Assembly (NCBI GenBank): GCA_963837875.1
Contig: CAWIOV010000003.1
Location: 129,654 to 193,653, forward strand
Reading direction: 5' to 3'
DNA: 64,000 bases
Source of the DNA: an uncultured Chloroflexia bacterium
Lineage (GTDB): Bacteria > Chloroflexota > Anaerolineae > Anaerolineales > Villigracilaceae
Made by a program: the position numbers and the translations under genes. This document shows, one piece after another, positions 44,757 to 53,983 of this stretch. The notes under the pieces are model-generated. The model was not told the origin of the DNA and did not search any database. It saw only the letters and a program-made list of their open reading frames with translations. Each line of letters opens with the position of its first letter. Position 1 is the first letter of the stretch.

Positions 44757-45620
44757 TCACTCCTCTCCGGCAATATTGCTGGCTGGATGGTAATGCCGGG
44801 CATAATAATGATATAAACCATAACGCAGGCGTTGCGAATATTTTTGGTGCCGGTTGGCAGGGACCTTAAATGAGCTCAAAAGAGGTGTGATCAGGTTTTC
44901 CACGGCTTCCGGGCTTGATTTTTTCTGCGCGAGTTTTTCAATTTCACTTAAAACCTGTTCCAGATAATCCTTCTGCGCCTGGATGATTTCCGCCTTTACC
45001 AATCCGCCTCGCCCGCTGATCACCAGCCAGCCGCTATAAGTGGGAGAAAGCAGCAAATTGAGTGTCTCCAGCCAAGTAGGCAAATCTGCCCCAGCCAGGA
45101 AGGGAGGCTGGTTACGCAAAACAGCATCGCCAACGAAGATGATTTTTTCTCCCGGCAGGATAGCCCAAGTGGCCCCGGCAGAGGGGCCGGGGTGATGCTC
45201 CAGTAGAACGGGAACATTATCATCCCAATAGAGAGCCATCTGGTGGCTGAAAGTGATTTCCGGCAATATCCAGCGGACGTTTCCCAGACCGGGAATGCTT
45301 TCCCAGTCTGCGCCGGTATCTTCCCCCTGAGCTTTAAAGGTATTAGGGCGGCTACGAAATACCTGGGCTGTCTTCTCGTGGGCGATGACTGTACAATCCA
45401 TCGCGCGTGCACCCAACGTACGATCCGGATGCGCATCGAGGTTGACAAGCAGCCGCTCGGAGCCACCTCCCAGGCTGAGCAAGGCTGCGCGCCAAGTACG
45501 CGCATCTTCAGGGGAGGGCGGTGCATCAACTTGGAGCAGCCCGTGCGTGAGGGAAATAACTCCCAATGTCACGCCCGGATACTCATCCTCAATATAAACA
45601 TTCCTGGCAATCGCCTGCAT
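44757..45620 (-). CDS. MBL-fold protein with a degenerate metal motif
   Basis: 287 aa. NLDAHPDR occupies the HxHxDH position. Otherwise the beta-lactamase-fold pattern holds (VIAHEKT, FVGDAV). Confidence 0.7.
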   Translation of the reverse strand: MQAIARNVYIEDEYPGVTLGVISLTHGLLQVDAPPSPEDARTWRAALLSLGGGSERLLVNLDAHPDRTLGARAMDCTVIAHEKTAQVFRSRPNTFKAQGEDTGADWESIPGLGNVRWILPEITFSHQMALYWDDNVPVLLEHHPGPSAGATWAILPGEKIIFVGDAVLRNQPPFLAGADLPTWLETLNLLLSPTYSGWLVISGRGGLVKAEIIQAQKDYLEQVLSEIEKLAQKKSSPEAVENLITPLLSSFKVPANRHQKYSQRLRYGLYHYYARHYHPASNIAGEE

Positions 45621-45767
45621 ATTTTCTCCTGGGAGGATTTATTTTTATAAATCTCTCGTATATTCAATAGCTTGTTCTGCTTTCGCCGCCGGGGGAGAGG
45701 CCATGCGTTTCCGCATGATCTCAATCTCAACAAATCGGGAAATGGATCATTTCCTCCCAATGGGGGA

Positions 45768-47843
45768 TCACACCTTTTCTTTGGTAAGCGGCAAAGTGAT
45801 AATGAATTTTGATCCTTGGCCGGTTTTACTCTCAACCCAAATTTTGCCGCCGTGACCCTCGACAGCCAACCGGCAAAAAGCCAAACCAACCCCCAGGCCG
45901 GTGGGGGCACCATTTTCTTTTAAACGGGTAAATTTATCGAAGATGCGCTCCTGATCGGCAAACGGGATGCCCGGGCCGTTATCCTGCACCCACATTTGCA
46001 ACCAGTTCCCTTCGCGTTTGGCCCCGAGTTCAATTGTGCCGCCGGGTTGAGTGAACTTGGAGGCATTTTCAATCAGGTTAATGAGGACGCGCCGGATCAT
46101 ATCCACATCCACCCAGACAGAGGGTAGTTTCTCCGGCAAGCGGTTGGTTAAAGTCTGATGCCGGCTCTCAACCATTGTATGAACTGCATCCATCGCATCA
46201 TCAGACAGCATGGCAGGAGTGACAGACTGTTGGGAAACGATGGCTTGTCCCAATTCCAGCCGGTTAATATCGAGCAGGGAGCTGATCAATCGTTGGATGC
46301 GGTCAGTAGAACGGCGGGCAATTGTCACCACCGACTGGATGCTTTCGTTCTCCGGGCCGGTAGACAATGTAGTCAACACATCCAAGCTGGATATAACATT
46401 TGCCAGTGGTGATCGTAGATCGTGATAAATCATCGAGAGCATATCCTCGCGCAGCGTATCCAAGTCTTTACGCTCGGTGATGTCACGCATGAGCCATTGC
46501 AACGATTCGGCTTCTTCAAAAACCACCCGCCGCACCTGAACCTGGATGGGGATAGTATGCCCAATACAGCTCTTTAGGACCGCCTCATAGCTCATCGTCT
46601 CCCCGGCTTTGAGTTTTTCGATATTAACGTTCTTGTCGCCGAGTGTGACATCGTGCAACTTATCGATCAACATCCCCTGAAGCTGATTGGTTGTATATCC
46701 ACTGATGAGGGCTGCCTGGCGATTGGCCTCGTGAATTTTTCCGTCCCAGCCGGTGACAAAAATAGGATCCACACTGTCGTCGAACAATTCACGATAACGT
46801 TTATGGGCTGCCTGTAAGCGCTCGAATAACTGGGCATGTTGGATGGTAGTACCAGCCAGATTGCCAATCCCTGCCAGCACCAGCAAAGCATCCGGGTCAA
46901 ACGCGCCGGAGCGAGGGTTGATGGCCTGCAAAACACCTATAACCCGTTCCTGGGCATAAATGGGCGCAACAGCTATTGTGCGCGTTTCAATACCCTTGAA
47001 TTGCTCAACACCCGGCTGGAAGCGCTTATCTTCCTGAACAATCGGAATGACAACACCTTCTCCTTCGTGCACCACCCAGCCGACAACACCCTGTCCAGCC
47101 GGGATGCGTTTGCCAACGATCCCATCTCTATTTTCCCCCGTGGCAGCACGGAAAACCAAGTCCCAGTTTGGCTCAACCAGCGCCAGCGTGACCGTTTCCA
47201 CCTCCAAAGCCTGGATAGTCTCATTTAGGATGCGCTGGAGTACATCGTCCATGCGAAGGCTGGCATTGATGGCGGCCGCGCTGGCCGCCAAGGCAGTCAT
47301 AACACGCGCTTGGCGTTGGCTTTCTGCATACAGGCGGGCATTTAATACTGCGATCCCGGACTGGTCGGCAATGGACTGCATAAGGTTGAAGTGTTCCTGG
47401 TTATATGCCCCCGGTTCCGGGTGAACCAGCGTCAATACACCCACCAAGCGTTCACGCGCCATCAGCGGCACGCACAGAGCGGACTTGGCACCTGATTGGT
47501 CAATGGAGTCGTCCGGACGACGCAGCCAACGCTCATCCCGGCTGGTATCGGGTATCCAAGCTGGCTGGCGGGTGCGGACAACCCAGCCGGCCAAGCCGCG
47601 CTCGATTGTCTCGCGCAGTTGTTGAGTGGTATGGCTATGGATTTTACGCCCATAGACGATGGCAGAATCCATAACTTTCCCATTTTCATCCATGACCACG
47701 ATACTTCCGCGCTCGCCGCCTACATATTTCAGTGATTGGAAAAGGATGCGCTGTAAGACGGTCCGCAAATCAAGGGCCGAGGCCAGTTCACGGCTGACGT
47801 TATAAAGCAATTCAAGAGAGGAGCGGGTTTCATCATCAGGCAT
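45768..47843 (-). CDS. cytoplasmic GAF-GAF-PAS histidine kinase
   Basis: 691 aa, no TM helix. H-box YHDLRSPL, N-box NLIENASKF, G-boxes DNGPGI / GLGVGLAF. Confidence 0.9.
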   Translation of the reverse strand: MPDDETRSSLELLYNVSRELASALDLRTVLQRILFQSLKYVGGERGSIVVMDENGKVMDSAIVYGRKIHSHTTQQLRETIERGLAGWVVRTRQPAWIPDTSRDERWLRRPDDSIDQSGAKSALCVPLMARERLVGVLTLVHPEPGAYNQEHFNLMQSIADQSGIAVLNARLYAESQRQARVMTALAASAAAINASLRMDDVLQRILNETIQALEVETVTLALVEPNWDLVFRAATGENRDGIVGKRIPAGQGVVGWVVHEGEGVVIPIVQEDKRFQPGVEQFKGIETRTIAVAPIYAQERVIGVLQAINPRSGAFDPDALLVLAGIGNLAGTTIQHAQLFERLQAAHKRYRELFDDSVDPIFVTGWDGKIHEANRQAALISGYTTNQLQGMLIDKLHDVTLGDKNVNIEKLKAGETMSYEAVLKSCIGHTIPIQVQVRRVVFEEAESLQWLMRDITERKDLDTLREDMLSMIYHDLRSPLANVISSLDVLTTLSTGPENESIQSVVTIARRSTDRIQRLISSLLDINRLELGQAIVSQQSVTPAMLSDDAMDAVHTMVESRHQTLTNRLPEKLPSVWVDVDMIRRVLINLIENASKFTQPGGTIELGAKREGNWLQMWVQDNGPGIPFADQERIFDKFTRLKENGAPTGLGVGLAFCRLAVEGHGGKIWVESKTGQGSKFIITLPLTKEKV

Positions 47844-48026
47844 AGGGCTTATTTTACGGCTTTTACCATTTTGTTAACAGCGCATAATAAATATATCTCA
47901 AAACTGTACCTGTGTTGAATTACCGTTTCATTAAGTATTCCAAGATTATCGGATAGTATAGCACAATTGAATATCGGGGAGGCTGTAGTCCTTCGTAAAG
48001 GGAGGGATTCTCTGTATAATAGGCCC

Positions 48027-48509
48027 ATGATTGACTCCACACATATCCTTTTCATCCATGGCTCAGACAGCAGCAGCCGGACCTATAAGGCCAGTCTGCT
48101 GCGCGGCATTTTTCCCGGTATGCTCAGCCCGGATTTCACCGGCGGTTTGCCGGAGCGGATGGAGCAACTGACAACCACCCTGGGGACTGAAACCGGCTGG
48201 CGGCTGGTCGGTTCCAGCCTGGGCGGACTAATGGCGGCGCTCTTTGCGATGCAGCACCCCGACCAAGTAAGCAAACTGGTGCTGCTGGCCCCGGCACTGA
48301 CTCTGCCCGGATTCACCAAAAGCCTTTCGGTTCCTATCTCCATCCCGACCATTATCGTTCAGGGTACACAGGATGAGTTCATCCCACTCGAACCCACCCG
48401 TAGATTGGCCGAAAAGATCTTCACGAACCTGACTTATATCGTGGTGGATGACGATCACCGGCTGCACAAGACGGCCGACGAATTGGATTGGGAGAAACTG
48501 CTGGAATAA
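48027..48509 (+). CDS. YqiA/YcfP-like alpha/beta-fold esterase
   Basis: MIDSTHILFIHGSDSS and nucleophile elbow GSSLGG. TATAAT (48015-48020) ends 6 nt before the ATG. The track start at 47967 is rejected. Confidence 0.75.
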   Translation: MIDSTHILFIHGSDSSSRTYKASLLRGIFPGMLSPDFTGGLPERMEQLTTTLGTETGWRLVGSSLGGLMAALFAMQHPDQVSKLVLLAPALTLPGFTKSLSVPISIPTIIVQGTQDEFIPLEPTRRLAEKIFTNLTYIVVDDDHRLHKTADELDWEKLLE

Positions 48510-48579
48510 AGATGTTAGGGAGAAGGTGATCAGGTAATTAAGAAGAGACGGTCAGGGGGCATGTGCCGCAAAATGGTTT

Positions 48580-49365
48580 TCAGCCGACAATAACATCCAC
48601 CATATCGCCGACTTGCGCGCCTAGAACCTGGGCGCCGCTACCGTTGACAATGGCAATCTCGATATAGTTCTCGCTATCCACCAGGGCGACCAACTCGCCG
48701 GGCTGCTTATGACCATACGAAGCTACCAGCCCGTGCACTTCCCGATCGCGGAGGCGGAAAACAACCTCTGTATGCTGCGTCCATGCAAGGGCGGGCAGGT
48801 CGGTGGTGAGGTTGCCAAAAGTGTCCACGAGAATGACATGGGAGCGCCAGCCGGTGGGCGTCTTTTCGGGCTTTGGCATGGACAGGCGCAGCGGGTCGGT
48901 GATGACCGGCCCGAGATTCGCCAGGGGGACGCCGTTAGCGAGGTGGGCAGCGACCGGGGCAAAAATATCCCGTCCGTGGAAGGTATGGCTGACAAACGGC
49001 AGGAAGTATTTCGGGTTGATCAGATGGACAATTTCGATAGCCCAGGCGTTCTTTTCGGCAGCCTCGAACATGGGGGTGAACAGGCCGTTATCCGGGCCGA
49101 CAAAATAATGAGCACCCAAACGGGCAGCCAGTGCGCGGCGCCGGGTGCCAACGCCGGGATCGATGACTGCCAGGTGGATGGAGCCGGGCGGGAAATAGGA
49201 ATACGCTCGCCGGAGCGCCCAAGCGCCGGCAAGAACATTCTGCGGGGGAATCAGGTGGCTGATATCGGCAATCTGGGCGGCGGGGCAAATGCTCCAGATG
49301 ACACCTTTGATGGCGCCGACGAAGCCATCCTGGAGGCCGAAGTCTGTGGTGAGGGTGATGAACAT
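48580..49365 (-). CDS. SAM hydrolase / SAM-dependent halogenase family protein (DUF62)
   Basis: 261 aa: MFITLTTDFGLQDGFVGAIKGV, VIDPGVGT, FHGRDIFAP. Confidence 0.88.
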   Translation of the reverse strand: MFITLTTDFGLQDGFVGAIKGVIWSICPAAQIADISHLIPPQNVLAGAWALRRAYSYFPPGSIHLAVIDPGVGTRRRALAARLGAHYFVGPDNGLFTPMFEAAEKNAWAIEIVHLINPKYFLPFVSHTFHGRDIFAPVAAHLANGVPLANLGPVITDPLRLSMPKPEKTPTGWRSHVILVDTFGNLTTDLPALAWTQHTEVVFRLRDREVHGLVASYGHKQPGELVALVDSENYIEIAIVNGSGAQVLGAQVGDMVDVIVG

Positions 49366-49387
49366 GTATTACAAGAAAATCCGAATT

Positions 49388-50887
49388 TCACTTGCCCAGA
49401 TCTTTTAACTTTGCGGCAATCGCTTTAAAGGCTGCCGGCATTTCACTATTTTTATCAGGCGGGACAAACGGCGCCGTTTTTATAAAAGAAAGCTCGTATG
49501 CTTGAACCGGCAGTTTACTTCCTTTTATTGACAAATTTCCAGCTTTTTCCAGATGATATTTATTACCAATTGCCTCGGCAGTCATCGCCCCAACAAAGAT
49601 ACGATTCGGAAGGGCATATTCCTGCATTCGATAGGCCACTTTAATCAAGTTTCCCAAAACATTGAACTCGGCCCGATCCTGGGCGCCCACATAACCGAGC
49701 ATGGCTATCCCCGTATTGATAGCTATACCAACCACGCAAGCCTGGTCAGAATCAGGCGGGGGTGTTCTTTTCACAAATTCAAGTATTTCCAGCGCAGAAA
49801 CGGCCGCCCTTTCTTCCTGACCCAGCTTATCCTCTGTTTCCATGAAAACCGCCAGCACCCCATCTCCCAGGTATTTAACCAGCCCATAATTCTTGAACAC
49901 AATCTGTGTGGCGCGTTGATAAAAAGAATTGAGATAGGTTGAAAATCCTTTTGATCCGACCCGTTCGGCATGCGCCGCCGAATCGGCAATTTCAGCAAAC
50001 AGAACCGTAACCTTCTTCTCGTTGAGTTCCGGCAAATTACCGGTCTTTAAGCAGTCCTTTAAAGCGCCCTCGGCTTCCATTGGCGAAATAAAACGCAATA
50101 AGAGTTGCTTGACCTTGCCCTCCCGGCGGATCTTTTCGAGCAATTCGATCCTCTGCATTGCCAAAGCGGTTTGATGGCTTATCCCGACAGCCAGTTGCAC
50201 TTCGCGTTTATCAAAGGGGCCGGCCTCCGGGCGATTCTTTTCCAAGTAGATCAGCGCATACGGTTTCCCACCGGCTATTACCGGAACGCAAAGGGCCAGA
50301 TCGCTTACCTCAATGGACGAATTCCGGATCGTCCGGACCTTCAAACTGTCCGGATCTTCCATATCTATTTTCTTAAAGTCATAAGCCGGGATAATCTCAC
50401 AAACATCCACTCCCATGGTCCGCTTGATCATATCGGTAACCAGACCGGTGACCGAGTCGGTATCCATCACTGTATTCAGTTCCTCTGTGATCTCGTTTAA
50501 TGGTATGGGATGCTCGTCAATCGCTTCCAGTACCATCCCCCGGGTCAGCAAGCGCGTACCGGTAACTTCCGGCTGGCCGGTGACTTTGTCGGAAATATTC
50601 ACCAGATGTATTTCCGTTTGCCCTATGCGAATAACATCCCCATTTTGCAAGCGATAAAGCCCGCTGATCTTCTGGCGATTGACATAGGTGCCATTCGAGC
50701 TTTTCAGGTCCTTGATCATCAACATTTCGGTGACCGAATCAAAATAGATCTCAGCATGCCGGCGGGAGGCAGCCACATCGTTAACCACAATATCGCTGGT
50801 AACCATGCGCCCGATGGTCATTTTCCCGGAGGCTAATTTAATCTGGAGCGGCTTACTCTTAGGGCTGGTAATGGTTAGAGACCACAT
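49388..50887 (-). CDS. FHA - GAF-like - class III nucleotidyl cyclase homology domain protein
   Basis: 499 aa. FHA motifs (GRMVTSDIVVNDVAASRRHAEI..SSNGTYVN) and cyclase motifs (VTVLFAEIADS, KYLGDGVLAVF, LGNLIKVAYRMQ). Confidence 0.85.
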   Translation of the reverse strand: MWSLTITSPKSKPLQIKLASGKMTIGRMVTSDIVVNDVAASRRHAEIYFDSVTEMLMIKDLKSSNGTYVNRQKISGLYRLQNGDVIRIGQTEIHLVNISDKVTGQPEVTGTRLLTRGMVLEAIDEHPIPLNEITEELNTVMDTDSVTGLVTDMIKRTMGVDVCEIIPAYDFKKIDMEDPDSLKVRTIRNSSIEVSDLALCVPVIAGGKPYALIYLEKNRPEAGPFDKREVQLAVGISHQTALAMQRIELLEKIRREGKVKQLLLRFISPMEAEGALKDCLKTGNLPELNEKKVTVLFAEIADSAAHAERVGSKGFSTYLNSFYQRATQIVFKNYGLVKYLGDGVLAVFMETEDKLGQEERAAVSALEILEFVKRTPPPDSDQACVVGIAINTGIAMLGYVGAQDRAEFNVLGNLIKVAYRMQEYALPNRIFVGAMTAEAIGNKYHLEKAGNLSIKGSKLPVQAYELSFIKTAPFVPPDKNSEMPAAFKAIAAKLKDLGK

Positions 50888-51029
50888 GATTTTTACCCTC
50901 GACCAGAATTCATCAATCTCTCTTTATCTCTTTAACATAGGGTTAAGTGTACCCCAGATGCGACAAAAAACACGGACACTTAATAGTATAGGCCAGAACC
51001 CGGTAAAATTCAATATGCAGGAATTTTTT

Positions 51030-51660
51030 AAAGGATGAATGGTGAATGATGAATAAAGGATTTGTTCCTGTCCGTAAAAAAAAGCGAATGAAAGAATATG
51101 GGTGTTTTGGTTGGTTTGATGGTAGGTTCCTTGCAGGCAGGTATACCCTTCGGTTACAAGGTTCGTTCCGCGTATCGAAAAAAAAACGAATAGGAGGGTT
51201 GAGAATTTACGATTGGTGATTGAGGATTGGAGATTGAGGGTGGAAGGAAAAGAAGAGCTTTCTCGATCGCACCCAGACCGGAAGGGATTTTGTGCACTTT
51301 TTTGGGGTTCGATAAAAAACGAATAGACGGCGGTGGGAATTGTGAATGATGAACATTGCAGGATGAATAAGGGATTTGTTCCTGAGGAACAAAGAAGAAA
51401 CAAATAGGGAGGAAGTAAAACGTAATACGTAAAACGTGAGGAGAAGGAAGAAACAAGAAACGAGAAGCAAGAAGAAAGCACGAGGAGATGAGTGGCTGGC
51501 AGGGAGAATATTCGTTTCCGTAAAAAAAAACGAATGAGGAACGAATAATTTGCAATTGATGAGCGGATAACGGTGAAGAGTAAGAAGAAAGATATAAGAT
51601 GGAAAGACGCTTGGGCTGTGGCATGCATACAACAATCCTAGAACAATTGTTCTGGTTTGT
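51030..51660 (+). other. non-coding low-complexity island, purine-skewed on the plus strand, with scrambled short repeats
   Basis: Hand count for 51421-51480: 49/60 purines and 24/60 GC. Recurrent words GTGAATGATGAA, GGATGAATAARGGATTTGTTCCTG (x2) and TTCG..A7-9CGAAT hairpin-like units (x4). All three minus frames are open across 51207-51628 (track ORFs). Confidence 0.7.
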
Positions 51661-51899
51661 CAAGGGAATGAACGCAGTGGAGGATGAATCAGAGTAAGCG
51701 CAACCAAGAATGAAAAGAAGAGCTAATCAGATCAGATATAAGTAAAAAACTGTACTCCATGCATTTGTGAATCGCAATGATTCTGATGTAAAAGTTGATT
51801 CGGGAGGATCATTATAAAATATGATCGTACTGAAAACAGTAGCACTAATAAAGATCCGATACAGTCTAAAAGGTATGGTTTGATTTAAGAAGGGAAAAA

Positions 51900-52248
51900 C
51901 CTTATCGGATGAAAGCCAATATCCACAACGCGTTTCCAGAAAAAGTGAGATAATATTAAAAATTCTGGCTCTGCTGCTGAAGTGCTTATTACCAGGTTAC
52001 TCGCCCATTCTCAACCTGATTGAGCGGACTTGGGAGTTTGTAAAGAAAAAAGTCTGTATTCGCACAATTACGAAAAGTTTCCAGCTTTCAAAGAGGCTAT
52101 TTCAAAATGCTTGAATGAAACCATGTCAACTCACAAATCCGAGCTTGATTCTCTCCTCACTTTGTGTTTTCAACTCTTAAAAAACCGCAATTCGTTGTCA
52201 TGTGAAGTATTATGCAAATTAACCGGAGATAGCCTCCGAATACGATGA
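51900..52248 (+). pseudogene. IS630/Tc1-mariner-type DDE transposase, C-terminal remnant, frameshifted
   Basis: Frame 1 reads ILALLLKCLLPGYSPILNLIERTWEFVKKK, the LPxYSPxLNxIExxW signature. A frameshift falls in the A-run near 52045. Frame 2 continues LYSHNYEKFPAFKEAISKCLNE..SELDSLLT, and an upstream fragment reads KANIHNA. No N-terminal half, no TIRs identified. Confidence 0.6.
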
Positions 52249-52276
52249 ACAGAGATAAACAGGGATTATCCATTTC

Positions 52277-52561
52277 ATGAACAAAAAACCCAAAGGGAAA
52301 GTAACCGGCGCGCTCAAACGCAGGTATCCAGACCTGGCCGAAACATTTGAGAGGGAGCCACTGGCCAAGATCCAGGCGCCCATCTGGCGGGAAATCCCGA
52401 TCATGTTTGCGGCCAAATTATACGGAAGCGGCAGCCTGTCTTCCGAGCACGCCGCAAAGCTGGCAGGGCTCTCGCACGTGGAATTTCTGCTCAACCTGGG
52501 GTTTTATAAAGTGTTCCCGCTGCAAGCCGAACTGACCGAATTGGAGCGTTCCCTTGACTAG
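52277..52561 (+). CDS. UPF0175-family antitoxin-like protein
   Basis: 94 aa: AAKLYGSGSLSSEHAAKLAGLSHVEFLLNLGFY matches the UPF0175 helix pattern. Overlaps the next gene by 8 nt. Confidence 0.8.
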   Translation: MNKKPKGKVTGALKRRYPDLAETFEREPLAKIQAPIWREIPIMFAAKLYGSGSLSSEHAAKLAGLSHVEFLLNLGFYKVFPLQAELTELERSLD

Positions 52562-53081
52562 AGCCACATGCAGTATTTCGCCGATCGTTTTTCTCTACCG
52601 GATCGGGGCGCTGCAATGGCTGCCGGAACTGTTCGATGAAATCTGGATGCCCTCGGTAGTGATGGACGACCTGCTGCAAGCCCGATTTGTCGGTTACGAT
52701 ATTCCCAGCCCCTTTGACCTACCTTGGGTGCAATTCGCCGATCCGCAATTAACCATCCCGGTCGCGTGGGTGAGCCTGGACTTGAGTTCCGGCGAGGTAG
52801 CGGCCATGTCACTGGCTTTTGAGAACCCGGACTGCATTGTCCTGCTGGACGAACCGATCGGCCGGCGGGCGGCCCACATGGTGGGGATCAAGTACTGGGG
52901 AACCTTGAAAATCCTGCTGGAAGCGAAAAGCCACGGCCTGACGGAAAGCATCGCTCCCTATGTGGACCGTCTCGGCGATACCGGCCTGTGGATCGCAGGC
53001 GAAACCCGCCAGCGCATCCTGAAACTGGCCGGTGAAGGAGAGGCGGCGCCGGAGCCAGAGATTTCAAAGAGCGCGGGTTAG
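52554..53081 (+). CDS. DUF3368 (PIN-like) domain protein, putative toxin
   Basis: TTG start. SPIVFLYRIGALQWLPELF, LDLSSGEVAAMSLAFE, LLDEPIGRRAA and GTLKILLEAKSHGL match the DUF3368 pattern. Confidence 0.8.
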   Translation: MTRATCSISPIVFLYRIGALQWLPELFDEIWMPSVVMDDLLQARFVGYDIPSPFDLPWVQFADPQLTIPVAWVSLDLSSGEVAAMSLAFENPDCIVLLDEPIGRRAAHMVGIKYWGTLKILLEAKSHGLTESIAPYVDRLGDTGLWIAGETRQRILKLAGEGEAAPEPEISKSAG

Positions 53082-53168
53082 TACAGAGAAAGCCGGACTA
53101 AGAGTACAAAATCCGGAGACTCCGGACTCCGGATCGAGTTGGCCCGAGATCGAATTGTTCCCGGAAAC

Positions 53169-53876
53169 CTACAAAAGGAAATAGCCCAGCGCCACAGCCG
53201 CCAGGGTGACGGTAATATTATCCACATCCCGGAGGGGCAGGGATTCCACCAGGGTGGCCACAAAGGCGATACAGGTGACAGGCAGCAGGTAGCTGCCAAA
53301 GCTGCGGGTGAAAACACCCTTAAGGACAAAGATAAACAGGATGAACGCCGTCAACACCCAGCCGCCCAGCAACATGCCCAGCGAACCGGCGACAGATTTG
53401 TCCTTGTTCCAGGGCAGTTTCGGAGACTTGAGGCCGCGTCCCATGATATCGGCCAGACCATCGCCGCCACACATTAACATGACCGCGATCATGCCGATGG
53501 GCGAGTCCTTCCAGAAAACCAGCGTCATGACCACGAAGATGATGCCATAGTAGAGTGGACCGCGCAGGATCTCGCGCCGGTCACCCGTGCGGGACATGGC
53601 CTTGACCGAGGCTTCATCTTTGACCACTCCCAACCCGATCAATGCAAACTGGACCGAAAACAGCAACGGGACCAGCGCGGCCAGCCAGCGGTAGTACCAG
53701 AGATCCGGGGTAGGGAAAAGCAGCCAGCAGAGCACATAGAGTGGGCCGGTGAAGATGTGAATGAGCTTGCGGCTCAAGTGGCTTTCGATCCAGCCGCGGT
53801 GCGCGGCGAAGTCAAAGGCGCGGATCTCCACGAGGGCGAGTACAAGGGTAATGAACAGGGCGAGAAAGACGTTCAT
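53169..53876 (-). CDS. diacylglycerol/polyprenol (phytol/dolichol) kinase family membrane protein
   Basis: 235 aa, 6-7 TM helices. SRKLIHIFTGP, GGDGLADIMGR and NKDKSVAGSLGM motifs of the CTP-dependent kinase family. Confidence 0.75.
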   Translation of the reverse strand: MNVFLALFITLVLALVEIRAFDFAAHRGWIESHLSRKLIHIFTGPLYVLCWLLFPTPDLWYYRWLAALVPLLFSVQFALIGLGVVKDEASVKAMSRTGDRREILRGPLYYGIIFVVMTLVFWKDSPIGMIAVMLMCGGDGLADIMGRGLKSPKLPWNKDKSVAGSLGMLLGGWVLTAFILFIFVLKGVFTRSFGSYLLPVTCIAFVATLVESLPLRDVDNITVTLAAVALGYFLL

Positions 53877-53983
53877 GATGTGCTCCTGTCAGGCAGAAAT
53901 AATTCTCAATACAAGAAGGGGGTTGAAGGTAAATATTGTATCTTAATAAACCCCCCGGGGGGCAAAATGTTATGAGGTTCATT

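Noticed and set aside
44750-44821. Longer N-terminus (MVYIIIMPGITIQ..) for the asparaginase-EndoIII fusion
   Set aside because: It would overlap the stop region of the upstream MBL-fold gene. The family-typical N-terminus starts at MTGLYQPVFELTRG (ATG 44749), preceded by GGAGAGGAG.
47849-48055. 68-aa minus-strand ORF just upstream of the GAF-PAS kinase
   Set aside because: It lies in an AT-rich promoter region and overlaps the esterase start and its -10 box. No RBS, no recognisable features.
51030-51600. CRISPR-like or regular tandem array
   Set aside because: The recurring words differ in length, order and spacing, so there is no constant repeat/spacer periodicity. No cas genes are present.
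50924-51663. Three overlapping minus-strand ORFs (234, 169 and 142 aa) as possible genes
   Set aside because: They occupy all three frames of the same DNA and translate to S/F/L/P low-complexity strings. They exist only because TTA, CTA and TCA are depleted on the purine-rich plus strand. No RBS or motif. The composition anomaly itself is reported as a finding.
51030-51720. CsrA/RsmA-type sponge RNA idea (many GGA motifs)
   Set aside because: I counted about 25 GGA in about 690 nt. That is roughly what the local base composition predicts, with G near 0.28 and A near 0.42 by my rough estimate. The motifs are not systematically in hairpin loops, and no csrA gene is in the window.
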